The position numbers and the translations under genes are program-made. The notes beneath the pieces were generated by a model. That model did no database searches and was not told the origin of the DNA. It saw only the letters and a program-made list of their open reading frames with translations. DNA of 64,000 nt. Origin: the human T2T-CHM13v2.0 reference genome, Homo sapiens. Below are positions 36,107-53,426 of the stretch, piece by piece. Positions within the stretch are counted from its first letter, which is position 1. The number at the start of each line of letters is the position of its first letter. The stretch lies in NCBI RefSeq assembly GCF_009914755.1, contig NC_060931.1. One strand, 5' to 3'.

Positions 36107-37591
36107 CTTAAGAGTTGGAGAAAAAGCGAAGATATACTTAAAACCACAGTCCCAGGACATGACACCACCGCAAAGTTCACCTTATAATAAGCTCATCTTT
36201 TCCACTGCCTGGATTAAATCATGGTCTTGGTAAAATATTTTGCCTTTCAAAAATTGAAGTTACATTATTATAACCTAAGAGCACCATGCCAAAAGACTTA
36301 AAGTTGAGTCTGCGTATCACCCTACTTTAAGAGGGTGAAGGACAGAGCAAACTAAATCATTTGCTACTAAGTGTGCGCCTGATAGGCTCCTGTTTGTTTG
36401 TTCCTGACAGCCTGTTTCCTGTTACATAAGCAGAGCCTAGCAAGAGGTTAAAAACTCATGGGAAAGTTAGCCAGGAACCACACTGGTGAAAGGGTGAACT
36501 GATACAGAGCCCTAAAAATAACAATATGCAACTCCCCAATTCTTTAGCTCCACAACAAATTATTCCGTATATAAATAAACCCTTAACAAGAAGATCACAA
36601 GATAATTTTTTTCACAATTGGGAAGTTACCATGGGGCATTAGTAAAATACCACTAATAGTGCATAAAAGATGGTGAAATATTTTGCTAAAAATAAGACAC
36701 TGGAAAAAGAAAGCTTGAAATTTCATTCATTGGGGTTTGGAAATGATCCATAAAGCATCATATTTTACATTAGGTCAAAGTGCCTAAATAATAATAGGAG
36801 GAGGAAGGTGAATCTAAGACTTTGAAATAGGAAAAAAAAAAAAAGTTCATTCTAACACACTAATTATGAAGTGTTTCTGCTCAAATTCTTTCCAAAATGG
36901 TTCATACTGACATACCAAGACATGATCTAATAAAGAAATCCAAAGTTATACTTGGCAGGAGCAGTCAAAACTATGGAATCCGTTTTCCTCAACATAACCT
37001 ACAGGATTTGAATATACTCCATAACATGACCAAATACAGCAAAGGGGCCGGCAAAGAATCCAAACTTCATGATCTTAACGGTTTGTGCTAAAGATACCCG
37101 TGTTGTTGAGTGGGCAGCAGAGAAATGGAACTATCCATGCAAAGCAATGACTAAATCTTTGTTCCCAGGGGCAGTGGTATCTCTTTATCTAGCAGTTTGT
37201 CGAACTAGGAAGGAAATAAAAAATTTCTGACGTGGCCCACATCACAGACTCCTAGAGGACAGCAAGTGGAATTCCTCCACCAAAGTCAGAGATTTTTACA
37301 ACATCCCTCACAAGTGGCTTTTCAGTTCCTTTCTAAAGTTTCCTTGGACAGGGACCTAAGTTTATCTTAAGACAGTCTGTACTCTGTTGGATAGCCAGGA
37401 TTGTTGGAAAGTCCCTTATTCTTATCACACTAGACAAAACTGAAACCATTTAACTTCAACCTGTGAGGACTAGTTTTGCCTTTTAAAGCAATGGAAACTA
37501 GGCCTATTCTTTATCCAATGTGACAATCTTTCAAATATTTAAATACAAACATTTATTATATTCTCATTTTAATATTCTCCAGATATATATC

Positions 37592-37954
37592 TGATATGGT
37601 TTTGCAGAGTCGCCACCCAAATCTCATCTCAAATTGTAGTTCCCATAATCCCCACATGTTGTGGGAGGAACCAGGTAGAGGTAATTTAATCATAGGGGCA
37701 GGATTTTCCGGTGCTATTCTCGTAGTATTGAATAAGTCTCATGAGATCTGATGGTTTCATAAAGGGGAGCTCCCCTGCACAAGCTCTCTTGCCTGCCGCC
37801 ATGTAAGACATGCCTTTGCTCTTCCTTCGCCTTTTGCCATGATTGTAAGGCCTCTCCAGCCATGCTGAACTGTGAGTCAATTAAACCTCTTTCCTTTATA
37901 AATTACCCAATCTCAGGTATGTCTTTATTAGCAGCATGAGAGCAGACTAATACA
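37592..37954 (+). mobile_element. THE1 (MaLR) solo LTR, 363 bp
   Basis: TGATATGGTTT...GACTAATACA termini; perfect 5-bp TSD ATATC. Confidence 0.95.
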
Positions 37955-37980
37955 ATATCCCTAGTTCCCTAAATTATTTT

Positions 37981-40000
<2,020 letters not shown>

Positions 40001-40007
40001 TTAGGTT

Positions 40008-40193
40008 ACAAGCACTGGCAAACTATTTTGTAAAGGGCCAGACAATAAATATTCTAGGCTTTGTAGGTCATGGGGTCTCTGTTGCAACTGCCCAATTCTG
40101 CAAGAGATAATATGTAAATGAATGAACGCAGCTACATTCCAATGACATTTTATTTATAAAAACAAACAGTAGGCTGTGGTTTGTCAACTCATG
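40008..40193 (+). mobile_element. MER58A DNA transposon fossil
   Basis: ggcaaacta...gtaaagggccagacaataaatattctaggcttt...gtttgtcaac. Confidence 0.75.
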
Positions 40194-41126
40194 GCCTAAG
40201 AGAAGGGGAAACTGGGCAAGGGAAGTAGAATAAAGATTGCCAAGCATTACTAAAGGCCCACTTGATTTTTATTTTTAGATCCTTTTATGCTCCTAGCCAT
40301 CCTCCTTAGGGCATATTTCTGTTTGTCAGGATTTTAATGCAGTCCATAATCTGAGACAATGGTAAATATATGGGCCTATCATTAAGATGCTCTTTTAATC
40401 TACACTAAGAAGGGTAAAAAAGTTTCAATGGTGTTATAAAATAACTATGAAGGCAGGGAAACTGGGGCAATTTCTACTTACAAATAAACATTACTTAAAT
40501 GCTTTGACACTTAAATACATTTCTATTATCTAGAAAATTCATGTACGTCAACCAGCGAGGATTTCTTCTCTCTCTTTCCATGTCATCTGCACAGTGTTTA
40601 ATACACTGTCCTGGCGGTGGAGGGAGGATGCTAATGACCCTCCAAAATGCCAACCTGGAAACCTGTTCTGTGGTTTAATCAGTGGTGTGATGGATTTAGT
40701 CCCCATCTTGCTCTGCTCCCCAGTATGGCCCTCCCATACAAAAGACAGCATGTGGGGAATGGAGGCCCAGACAGTGGTGGGACACATATGAGAGTACTGG
40801 ATAGCTATAACTAACCCGTCACCATGGGGAGCCTGTTCCCTCCTTTCACCGGCACTGGCTCCAAAGCAACTCAGCTAAGCTCCCACAGACTCGATTTGGA
40901 GACAGTCTGTCCTTCTATCTGTAGGTCCCAAGTACAGTGTTTTGGTTTTCTTTTTTTTTTTTTTTTTAATCAGCTGATTACAGCATCATCAATAAAAGGC
41001 CGAAATTAAATAGAGGAAATTTAAGGTCTTCACTATTTTTTTGGATTTCTGTGTGAACATGATTTTTCAAGGAACTCTAAGCATTTTTCACATATTATTA
41101 GAATCCTAAATATAAACTTTTCTCTC

Positions 41127-41310
41127 AGCCAAGTGCAGTGGCACACGCTTATAATCCCTGTGTTTTGGGAGGCCAAAGCAGGAGGATTGCTTGAGCCCAG
41201 GAGTTAGAGGCTGCAGTGAGCTATGATCACACCAATGCACTCCAGCCTGGGCAAAAGAGTGAGACTCTGTTTCTCTCTAAAAATAGTAATAAATAAATAT
41301 GTAAATAAAA
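41127..41310 (+). mobile_element. FRAM-like Alu monomer
   Basis: Single right-arm-type monomer with an A-rich tail. Confidence 0.8.
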
Positions 41311-43673
41311 TGAACTTCCCTTTCAGGAGGAAACATTTTCATTACAACCAGATACTTGGGCCCACGAAGCAAATATGTATTTTAAAGGCAAAATGCTCTT
41401 ACTTTTTAAAATGGGCTTCAGGCTAACTTATTTCTTTAATTCTCCATCTTATAATTAAAGAGAAAATATTGCTGTTTTGATTTTCTGGTTTCTAAATAAC
41501 TTCTAGAAGCATTTTCACAAGGTAATCAATTCTATAGCATTCCTTATATTACAACTATCAAAAAAGATTTTCAAGGAGGTTATGAATGCTTCTTCATTCA
41601 CTGGGAGACTTTAAACCCATATATCCCAGATGATTTATAAGGCAGTGCTATGCGGAAGCATCATGCCAAACTAGATGTTCCTCAGGGTCCCTTTCAGAGC
41701 TCCATAATTTAGTGATTTAATTCAAGAAACCCATGAATTTATTAATATATTGTGGGAGCTTTGCTATGGCAGGAGAAGCAAGATAACTAACAGTCCTTGA
41801 TCTAGACTTTCACATCCCTGGTCTATTTAATTTCTCTGTGTAAAATTAATTATAAACAATTTACCTAACACTGCTAAGCCAGAAAAAAAATAAAAGATTA
41901 ATGTATAACTGTCAGAAGAGTTATTTAGGAGCTTTATTTCAAGGTCTGTTTTGAAAAAAAGTCTCCATAATGTATAATTAAAGTTATTCATAGGATTTTC
42001 AGCCTTTGAGGAGAGAAATGTTATGAATGTAAACGAAAAGCCTGTTTCCTTTATAAATGGAGTCATAAAAATGTTGGGTCCGTCCCCTCAATGGCAGAAT
42101 GAAGCGTGGACAAGATTCCTGTGGGAAAGGCCACATGGATGATAAATGAGCATCTTACTGGGACAAAAGCACAGTTCTTTGTATTAAAACACTCTCTGCA
42201 TTATCTTAACTTTAACAACCACTTTTTCTAAAACACCTAGGTAAAACATGCTGCAAAAATTGCTTATCAAGGTCAGGGAAACCAGAAAGAAAGAGTCCAC
42301 CTTTCATGAAAGCACTTTTGCAATAACAGAATGCTATTCAGTTCAAATTCAGGATATTCAGATAAATTTTTATTGATTACTATGTAATATCTTAATTTCA
42401 TTAAAAATTAAGCCTAGAAGTTCATATAATTTTTTTGCTATTTTAAACAGAAATATAAATGACAGAATAAAACACTGATGAGCTTAGATGATAAATTATT
42501 CTACTGTATGCACCTTATTTTGAAAACAGAAAATATTAAGAATTTTTTTCCAGGAAAATTCAGAAGACAGTTCATAGTCAAAAAATAATAATAATTTTAG
42601 GGCAACAAATATTCATTTTCTCAAATTTCTTCAGAGAAAAAAGTTAGACTATGAAAAAGCTCTCCCTGTTAGGGATAGAAGAATATGCCCCCTTGAGAAT
42701 TGGGAAATGAACCACGAAGCATCCACAGTGAGAAATGTACCTAATGGAAAGTGTGATAGTCAAGGCAGGTGAGGAATCCCTAGGGAGTCACTGGTATGGG
42801 CCTCGAACACCATGCTGGGGCATCAGGGAGCTTTAGAAATCATTTCATAATTCCTAGCCCGTCACTGTCCAGGCAAGGCAATGGACATTCAGTTTCTCTG
42901 GTCCTACTCCTTTGTGGAATTCCTTGTGTTAAAACATCACCTTTGTATAGGATGGACAGACCCATACTATAGAAATACTGTGTAATGCTGCATCCTGCCA
43001 GAGCATGCTGAGAGCTAGGAATAAGGCAGAAACCACACTTACATGAAATTTATGCTGTTATTTCCCTCAAGTACTTTCTTAATCTTTTGTATTTAGAAAA
43101 TTATCCCTTCTGATTAAAATCAAAATATAGAATTATAAATTTACATAATATATAGTATTATAAATTTATATAATTGAAAAAGTAAGGGGTTCATTCACTT
43201 CACATGCTTGATTCCTTTAACGTTCAGACTAAAGTAGGGGGGCCACCAATATTTTCTCTTGTTTTGACCTAAGAGAAATTATAGCTCAGACTTGTATACA
43301 TTCTTGACCACACTGGTAAGCAGGGTAGCAAAGTTAAAAAAAAAAATTAAAAAGTTAAAAAAGAGAATAAGCAAACTCGAATAATATCAAACATAAAAGA
43401 TTTAACAGGATAATCAATTTTCTTTGACAGTATTAAATAAGAGCTTTCTTTAGTATGCATATTTTTAAAAGTTATAGTCTGACTACTGATAAATTAGTTA
43501 CCAAATATTTAGCAGTTAATTTGTATAACAAATAATTATTATCACTTAATAATAGAATGATTGATTCAAATGGAGGATAGGAGACAATGAAAATATTCAC
43601 TGAATCCAGTGGCCAATGGCTAATGGAATCAAAGCAAGAATTTCCAAAGTTCAACATATTATAAATTACTCAA

Positions 43674-43990
<317 letters not shown>

Positions 43991-44204
43991 AGATCTCATT
44001 AGAATTCTTAAAAGCTAGAACCAGGCAAATTTTCAGTACATTTTGACAAAGATTCTTAAATCCTTTTATCCTATAATACAGTGAAGGGACTAGAATATTT
44101 TGTGTCTGCAAAGATACCATCTGGCAGAGAGTAATGCTGCAACTTGGCCCAGTTAGATACTTTAAATATTCCAACCAAAAAGCAATGAGATAGATGGTCA
44201 GCGT

Positions 44205-44560
44205 GACAATAACTGACAGAGGCTGATTTGTTGGGTGCTTACTGTGTGTCAGGTGCTGTTCTAATTGCTTCACATGTAGTCCTTTAATCTTCAGAACAAT
44301 CTAACAATTATTTCCATTTTACAGAGGTTAGAAAGGCAGTTTGCATGCTGTTTAAAGCAAGGACATCAGAACCAGACTGCCCTGGTTTCAGACCTGGCCC
44401 CGTCCCTTACCGGCACATCTATAAAGTGGTAGTAATTAAACTATCTATCCTGGAGGGTTTGCTGTGATGTTTAAATACATTAATAAAAACAAAGAACCTT
44501 AGAGTGTCTAATATATATGAAGTGCTGCCTAAGTGTTATATACAATAATACTGCTCCCAG
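44205..44560. mobile_element. Two MIR fragments in opposite orientation
   Basis: ttactgtgtgtcaggtgctgttcta...ccattttacagag (minus), then agaaccagactgccctggtttc (plus). Confidence 0.55.
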
Positions 44561-44613
44561 TATTATTACAGAAAAGGAGGGTAGGAGCACAAGAGAGTTA
44601 ACTTGCCCAAAGG

Positions 44614-44924
44614 TTTTTTGTTTTGCTTTGTTTTCTTTTTTGAGATGGAGTCTCGCCCTGTCACCCAGGCTGGAGTGCAATGGCAGGATTTTGGCTCACT
44701 GAAACCTCCGCCTCCCGGGTTCAAATGATTCTCCTGCTTCGGCCTCCCAAGTAGCTGGGATTACAGGCACCTGCTACCACGCCAAGCTAATTTTTTTTTT
44801 TTTTTTTTAAGTAGAGACAGGGTTTCACCATGTTGTCCAGGCTGGTCTCAAACTCCTGACTTCACGATCCACCTGCCTTGGCCTCCCAAAGTGCTGGGAT
44901 TACGGGTGCGAGCCACCACGACTG
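44614..44924 (-). mobile_element. AluS inserted into a MIR
   Basis: Full antisense Alu; diverged TSD gttaacttgcccaaaggtt / gttactcgcccaaggtt. Confidence 0.92.
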
Positions 44925-46960
44925 TTACTCGCCCAAGGTTACTGTGCCAGTCAGGAAAAGAATCCAGGCAGTGTGGCCCCAGAGGCAGCGCCCCTAGTCT
45001 TTACATTATGCTGCCCAACATTTACTGAAACTCTCCTATGTGCCGGGATTGCCAGGAGTGTTTTATGTTGCTTCATTTCAACCTCAGGACAAGCTTATAA
45101 TATCTCCATTTTGCAGAGATGAAAACCATGCATGCTAGGTACTGTCTAGCATAGTGGGGACACCATGGGGACAAAGACTTAGGCGACCTACAGGATCTTC
45201 CAGGTTTACAGCCACTAAGGAACATCCCTTAAGGAAGAAGGGCTGGCAGGTAAACCCAACTCTAAATGCTCTCTTCACTCCACCCACATGTGACAGCATT
45301 AAAACAGGGAGTTTCTTAAGCAGAAAAGGTATTTTTAGTGAGAGTAAGAAAAAAGCAGCCAACATATGAGAGATCTCTGGTAGATGGGAAGCCTGTGTAC
45401 AACAAGGCCAAGTCTGTCTGGGCTTAGTAACCATCTTAACCTTTTATAGACCCAAAGTTTTCAGCAGCCTAGAAGCACATTCCCCACGGTAACATATTTC
45501 ATCATCTATGCGGAAGAAGGAATCAGAATCCACTTAACTTACTTAAAATATGCTCTGGAATGAAGACTGAAGTAATCTGAAATACTGTGAAGCCTGGCAA
45601 ATAGGTGCTCAAGCCATTAAATGTATATACATCAATCAAATAAATTGTACATATAAATTACACACATACGTACATACCAATGAGCATACATTTTTATTTC
45701 TAATTCTGCCTATGTATCTGATGGCAAAATTCTAAGTTTTCTTTAAGCTCACCTCGCATGACTTGAACTACTTATTCCATCCAGAGAACTTATATAGACG
45801 GGCCTGCAGAATTAAACCAATAAAACTGGTGTTTCCACTATGGTAGCAGATCAAGCTTTCTTAGACACACCAGAGGAGGTGACAACTGCCTTCCTTCCTA
45901 ACCAGCTTAGGCCTATAACACTCATAATGATGCCATGCTGCCCAGTGAACTTAATTCAACTTTCAAACCTAAGTAGAATCTGTTCCTAATCTAATTATCA
46001 ATCTACTGGTTTCATGATTTCATCCCTCTGTATGTCCTACAGATACACAGTTATATAATCATTGCTGAATAAAAATCACAAAATCCTGAACAGTAAGGTC
46101 TGTGTATCCTTTTGAGAAATAAAATTGCATTCAAACAGACATTTACCCATAGAATAAGTTCAGAACAAATAAAGAATAACAGTATTTTAAATTTAGAAAC
46201 CCTTGTCCCACTAGTAATTTAAGGATTTAAGAAACTTGGAGAAAGTGGTAAATACACTGAGCTGGGGAATCCCTGCACAGGTTTGCTTGGAAGCCTGCAG
46301 TATAATTTTAATATGAACTTGAGGACTGTTCCATGTTTAATATTACCACAGCAAAACAATGTGACTTTATTAAAACATTACTGTCCATGCAATCTTTATT
46401 GAAAAAGTTAATGTGATTCTTCTGACCAGAATCAACAGATTTGTAACCTTAAAGGCGAAGTGAGATGAGTCAACTAGGCTAAGTCAGAATTTTAAAATGC
46501 TCCACTGTTATATAAAGTTAACAGCTGGCAGCACTAGGGTGTCCAAAGTTTTTATGGTGCAATAGTATTTGGAGGTATGCTACCTAAAGCATATTCATGC
46601 CGTGATTTAGCTACTGGGAGGTAGCACAGAACCTCTAGCAAGTTGGTGCTGTCAGCTGGCCCATTCTCCACTGCCTTCTTCAGGGGAATGTCTGCCCTTC
46701 ACTCATTTCCCTTGCTTCCTCTGGGAAGTAAAGTGTGTCTATCTGACCCTCTCCCATGAATCAAATTATAAATATAATTACCAATTTAGGACCCTTTGTG
46801 TGAAATACCTTTATATCAAAACTGAGCACTTTATTCCCAATAACATGGCTATTTACAAAACATAAAAGGTAAAACCTATATCATTTTTTAACACCTGCAC
46901 TGTCTCACCACCCTCAACACAGAAGGGTATGATGAGGGGCTGTCACAGAATTGATCATAC

Positions 46961-47034
46961 CTGAGAATCTGGAACACTTTCGGCTTCTGTTACAGCTACA
47001 TGTTTGTCGTTGTTTTCTTCATCTTGTTCAATTG
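46961..47034 (-). CDS. RAPGEF5: RAPGEF5 long-isoform coding exon (74 nt, phase 1 to 0): (x)IEQDEENNDKHVAVTEAESVPDSQ
   Basis: Minus-strand acceptor ttcttttttttaag|CAATT and donor TCTCAG|gtatga. The frame is open and joins the 36106 exon in phase. Confidence 0.88.
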
Positions 47035-47869
47035 CTTAAAAAAAAGAACACCATTAAACAAATGTATCATCATACAAAAAATGCTTCAGATAATTTTCTT
47101 TCAGATCGCAATTTAGCGGGAAAAAATGTTAGATAGATTCACAAAATGTAAACATTGGCATTATTTTTTGTTAATCAAATGTGAAGTTAGCTAATAGCAC
47201 TGGGTACTTCTCCTGCATATTATCTCATGTATTAAATCAATGGCAGTGAGAAAATTCAATCTTAATTCTGTTCTTCACCTAAACCCATCCTGACATCACC
47301 ATATCAGCATTGTGCTTTACCAAAAGGGCAGCTGTGGGTATAAGATGAAGACTTTTATTCATTTCATATAAGAACAGCCATATATTTTTTTTAATGTGGC
47401 TTTCTGGCTGGCAGTTTAAATGTCATATAATAAAGGAAGCACAGTATTTATATCTGGGTTGCTCAGTGCATTGTTACCACAAAATTCCATATTGTGGAGT
47501 CTTGAATCTGTATATCCCTTCCCAGCATCTCCCTATCCAAGCCCTTATCACCCTTTCTTCATGGGTACAATGACCTCTTACACAAAGCCCTGACTCCAGC
47601 CTCTCACTAATCCAATCCAGCTTGGGAACAATGCTAAAATAATCAGTCTCAAAAAATATAAAAACAAGTGCCAGACTTTGGCTTATGTATTGCTTATCTC
47701 ATGGCATCTGAACTTCTCCTGCTCATCACTGAAGGGCTTCTCTGAACTCTCTAGCTTCCTCCAAATGTCCAATTTCACACTGACATTCAACACCAAAATG
47801 TATTTTACATAACTGGGATCCACACATAATGACTGGATTACTTTTCTCTTTAGATAACTTATTCTTCTG

Positions 47870-48320
47870 TTTTAACAAATATTTACGGAGCAGCTATTAT
47901 GTCCATAGCAGGAGATGTGACATTCAACAAGCCTGGAGAGAGTAGAGACCACAATAAATTCAGATCTAAGCCTAAGAACACGGGGAACCACGAAAGAATT
48001 TTAAATTGGGAAGTGCATGATTTGATGCATATTTTTAAAAGTTCTTTTTTGCTTCTTTGGGAGAACAGACTTGAGAGAAACAAGAGCGGAAGCAGGGAGA
48101 CCAGTTAGGTGACTGTTGCTGTAATGTTGCCTGCAGATGACAATGACTCAGATCAGGGAAGTGGCAATGAGCAGGAGAAACATGGAACACTGGAGCTATA
48201 TTTTTTTAGACAAAATGGACACAACTTGCCAATGAATTGAATATGGAGAGAGAAAAAAGAGATGAAGGAGAAGCAATCAAGGATGACTCCTAAATAGTTA
48301 TTCCTTGTATCCATCATGCC
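47870..48320 (-). mobile_element. L2 fragment
   Basis: tttaacaaatatttacggagc...ggaagcagggagaccagttagg...aatcaaggatgactcc. Confidence 0.6.
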
Positions 48321-48373
48321 ATTTATGCTTTTTGCCCTCTTCATCAAAAGTAGGCCAAAGCATACCAACCTAG

Positions 48374-48734
<361 letters not shown>

Positions 48735-49652
48735 TGTGTACTTTTAAATATTGTGCTCTCTGCTCTGTATTTTTTAAAATATCATTTCATGTACTTTTTG
48801 CTTTTGTATGCCATTCATGCCTGCTGTGTGGTGCCCACCATGGAGCCTACCTATAATGCTGTGCATACAGTAGGGCTCTGCAAATGCTAACTGGCATGAA
48901 CAATGTATCCCCAAGTGATCAAAACTGCACTGCTTGACTATGCCTACTTATATAATAAGCTACTTCTTTTGTAACTTTATGAAAGAAGAAAAGAGAGAAA
49001 TTCTTCTGTTCACGCTTTGGATAACTAGGATAACTCTGACCAGCTGAGCATCTAAAGGCAAGGTAGGAAGAGGTGAAGAGGGTAGAAGCTTTTCTTCTAT
49101 TTTTCAGAGAAAAGTTCCATTCATGCCTGTTCAAAGGGGGTTCCCTGTTGCTACTGTTGCCCAGCTAGGAGGAAACTTAAGAACAAAGAAAAACATGCGT
49201 GTTTTCTCTGAAAAACTAGAGGCAAGACTATAAAGGGAAAAATAAAACATAGAATAACATCCTAAATTCCACTTAAAAATGCAATGGGCTATAGAAGTAA
49301 GGAACTCCACTTAACCAACTGAAATAACAGAAGAAGCCTTTCCTCATCCTGGAATGCAGAGTAATTTTCTTGGAGGGCAAGCTGATCATATACTAATGTG
49401 AAATAACTTCACATAAAAAGCAACCATACTTTGGCACTTCATTTGTGCTTTATTTGAATTTTTGCTCTTTAAAGTGCTAATTTCAATGAAAATGAAGAAA
49501 ATTAAATTTCAGAATATTTTAGCCTACTGAATTCATGTTTTTGGTTTTAAAACAACAATGCTGTAGGGTGTAGGCATTTCTTTTTCTTACCTTATTATAC
49601 TAGAACATAGAACATGCAGGACACTAAATAATAATTTCAGATTGACAGTTAA

Positions 49653-49811
<159 letters not shown>

Positions 49812-51359
49812 TCACACTACATTTTAAGCTTTAGGAATAATTCTTAATACATAGAAATAGAACTAAAGGAGGAATAGATGAACATAAAAGCAAACCTAGG
49901 ATAAAGTGTCAGTCCTGTATTTATTTCTAGCTTATCCCCAACAACAATGCTATGTTTATTGTCACATCTTTAAAGACCTCAAAATCGGTTGCCTAGCATT
50001 ACGCCAAAACTAACAGGGTGAGAATTAGAAACACAAGCAAGTTAAGGGACTTGGCAAAGCTAACTCTGTAAGCTAAATCTGCATAATGGACAAACTCTCA
50101 AAGTTCTGCTGGACTCAACCTCAACCCCCTAATGACAAAGAGAAGACAGCGTAAATAACATTATTTTCTTGGAAATAGGAAAAATTATAATTCCAAGAAT
50201 GCATCTTGGGAGCAAAAGTGTATTTATCCTAGACAAGGATTTATGATTATCCTATGAAGTTGCATGCATAAAATATATATGGTCCCCTAAAAGGGAGAAC
50301 TCTGTTGACCCTTTAGTTCATAGATTAATGTCAAAAAATAAATAAAAACACAATTTCTCTCTTTATGCCTTCCAGTGGTGTGGCTCATGTGGTGGGAAAA
50401 GGAGGAAGGAGTTATTTAGATTTTTGAGTTCAATTTTTCTTTTATCTGATCAGAATAAGAGTTGGTTGGGGAAAATTTCCTATGCAAATATTGATTCTGG
50501 GACAGTTCCCTCCAGCGAAACACGTACACAGGAATGACAGCTTCTGGGACCGAGGGAGGCTAGGAGCTTCACTCTCTGCCAACACAAACCATCTCCTTAT
50601 CTCTCAACACACAGAGTCTAAAAGCAAGTAATGGCCTTTGAAAATAACTTACCATAACAAAAGATACAAGTGCAAGATCTAAAGCATATGCTTTGAGTGG
50701 TGAGCATTAGTGCCCACAGGAGAACTAAGCATGTATGTGGATTAATTAACAGATTCGTTAAGGGTACCTAGTTTAAATGTATCTATTTGTAAATTAGCCA
50801 AGAGGGATTCAAGGTGAATGAGTGTTGAAAGCCTCCTAGGATTGTGGGGCTTAACTTGATAGTGCTTTCTTGTTGCCTTGGGGACAAAACAGGTTTTCTC
50901 TCCCCAGGACTTACTAGGATGGGTGCTAAAATGCAAACAAACAAACAAACAACAACAACAAAAAACAACTCTGTCAGTAACTCTATTATAATAATAATAC
51001 TTAAACACAAAGGGGACTCATGTCCTTTCTAAATGATGTTATTTAATTTCTGCTGATCAACTTTGTAAAGGTAAGAGCCCCACTAACAAGAAAACATTAA
51101 ACACACAATGACTGTCGTGTGCTGACTCTCATCAGGACCATTATTTAAAAATCAACCAACCCATTTCTTTAAAAAAATCTTACAAACCAACCCCAAAGAT
51201 GACTACAGATAGAAACTGAGCATTTCAAGCCTCAATGTGAGACATCAGCAAATAGTTAAGAAAAATAACTTATTGGGTACTCTGCCAAGAACTAAAGTTT
51301 TGTCAGTAATATAATCTTTCACCTGTGTAGCATTTTTACAGAGAGAAAACTCTTTCATT

Positions 51360-51470
51360 AAGGGTCTCATCTGATGTTCAACCTGAAATGCTGGGCAGAT
51401 AAAATCACCCCCATTTTACAGATGAGGAAACTGAGACTAGTGAGGTGAAGTAATCTGCCTTAGGCCTCAA
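51360..51470 (-). mobile_element. MIR core
   Basis: ccccattttacagatgaggaaactgagac...gtgaagtaatctgcc. Confidence 0.75.
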
Positions 51471-52169
51471 ATGTAAAATGTACGTGTCGGTGACAGTTCA
51501 TCACTGCTACAGTCAAGGATGGAACAGAACAGGGCTGGTCAAACTGCACATCAGCAAATCCATTCACATGGATCCTGACCAGGGTTTCTTTTCCCTCTTA
51601 ATGAAATAGAACAGAATATCATAGGAAGAATAGAAAAATAAAGATCAAAATGTTTTGCAACTAGTAAAGTATTTTTCACAAGGATGGAAGAGAGGTGTAC
51701 TAGGTCGGAATCTTTTACATGTTCTGTGGGTTGTGGACATAAAAATGTTAGGAAAACACCATAGTGTTTCCAGGCCACAGGAGGCAGAGCCCAGTTCTTC
51801 ATTATCTAAATAATCAGCTATTTTTTGTACCATCCTGGAGTGGGGTCACAATATTTACTTTTGGAGGCCCTTCAACAATACTCCAACCACATTCAGCCCT
51901 GGGAGATGGCACAGAAACAAGCCTGCAGTGAGAAATGTTTAGACACTATACTCATTTTTGCTATCAATATATATAATCATAAATGCTTCCAAATACTCAA
52001 ATCTTTTCCATTCTTTAAAAAGGAAGAAAAAAGGTAATTGTAACATTTCTGCCTCATCACTGTATTTTTTTAGTGTTAAAATTAGAAAAGTAGGGGTCAG
52101 TGTTCACCATAAAGCCACTCCATATGGTATTATAACCTGGCCCATCCAGTGCCATTGAACTTCTCTTTG

Positions 52170-52900
52170 AAGGTGGACCAATGACCACTACATCTCTGCT
52201 CCAGCGTGTTTTCTCAACCCCAATCTGTTCAGCTGAACTTGAGACTGTTGACTTAAAACTCTCTTTTCTGTGTCCCTATCATCCTCAAATCTTCTAAAAA
52301 TGCAAGCTTTCCCCAGGCTCTCTTTTCTCTCTTTGCCTCTTTCCTTGGTGATCTTATCTGTTACTAGGGTTTCAACTTTCACTGCAATACAGTTTATTCT
52401 CAAATCTGTCTCCATTTCTGCCCACTTCTCTGAGTTCCAGGCCCACATTTCCAGTCACGAGTTGAATATTTTCATTTCACAGATGGTAACATGTCTGCTA
52501 CATACAAGCTGCTGTGATAGGTGTAGTGGCACAATCTGCACCTCAAGAAAGAGTAATTGATTTAATACGGCGTGAGGACACGAAGGTCTGAAATCACAAG
52601 CATCTTCCTGCTCCTGGGATATTTCAGTTTAGATCACCACCAAGTACTGAAGCTACAAATCTCAGGCACCTTCATGGTCCTCCTTCCCCTGAGCCTTCAC
52701 CTCAATCTCTCCCTAAATCCTGTCACTTCTACCTCTGGAATGATTCCACCTGTCATCCTCTCTGCCATGGTCACATCTCATGTAGGCTGCTACGGCATGG
52801 CCTCTCCCTCCATCCATTCTCCACACAATTGCCGGAGTTCCATCCCCAGAATGGAAGTCTGATCAAGCCATCCCCCTATCCTGCCTATGCCTGCTTAGAG
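52170..52900 (+). mobile_element. L2 fragment(s)
   Basis: caaatctgtctcc...ctctgagttccaggcccacatttcca and ccattctccacac...aagtctgatca. Boundaries approximate. Confidence 0.55.
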
Positions 52901-53426
52901 CACATGAGGGTCACACGGAGATAAATACCAATTCAGGCTCCATAGCCCCATCCCCAGTGTCTCTGATGCCATGGGACTTAGCTCAGGGATGTGCAGGTTT
53001 GAAAGCTCTGATACCTGTGATCCCCACTCTATTGAACACTGGCCAATGTTCAGGTGGAAGCCCTCAACCTGGCCTCAAAGGCCAGGCCATTAGGTCTTGG
53101 ACCCTCTCCCCAGGTGCTGCATCTCTTCCTTTGTACATTTCTTTGTCTCTAACCTGGAATGCCCTTGTCCCTGCCTTCACCAGGTGAAATTACTCTTGTC
53201 CACCGGGCTCCCCAGCCCAAACACCAGCTCCTTAATGAAGAGTCTTCTGAGTCCTCATTCTCTGCATCTATGGCCCCTGACAAAATGAAGAGTGCTTCCT
53301 CCTAGCCCAACAAAGCTCTTTTTCTGTACACTTGATATTTTTTAGTCAGCAACACAAATATCTGTCTTTGCTAACCTACATTATGAGTTCTTCGAGAGGA
53401 CAGAGTATATATTTTCATATTCCCAG

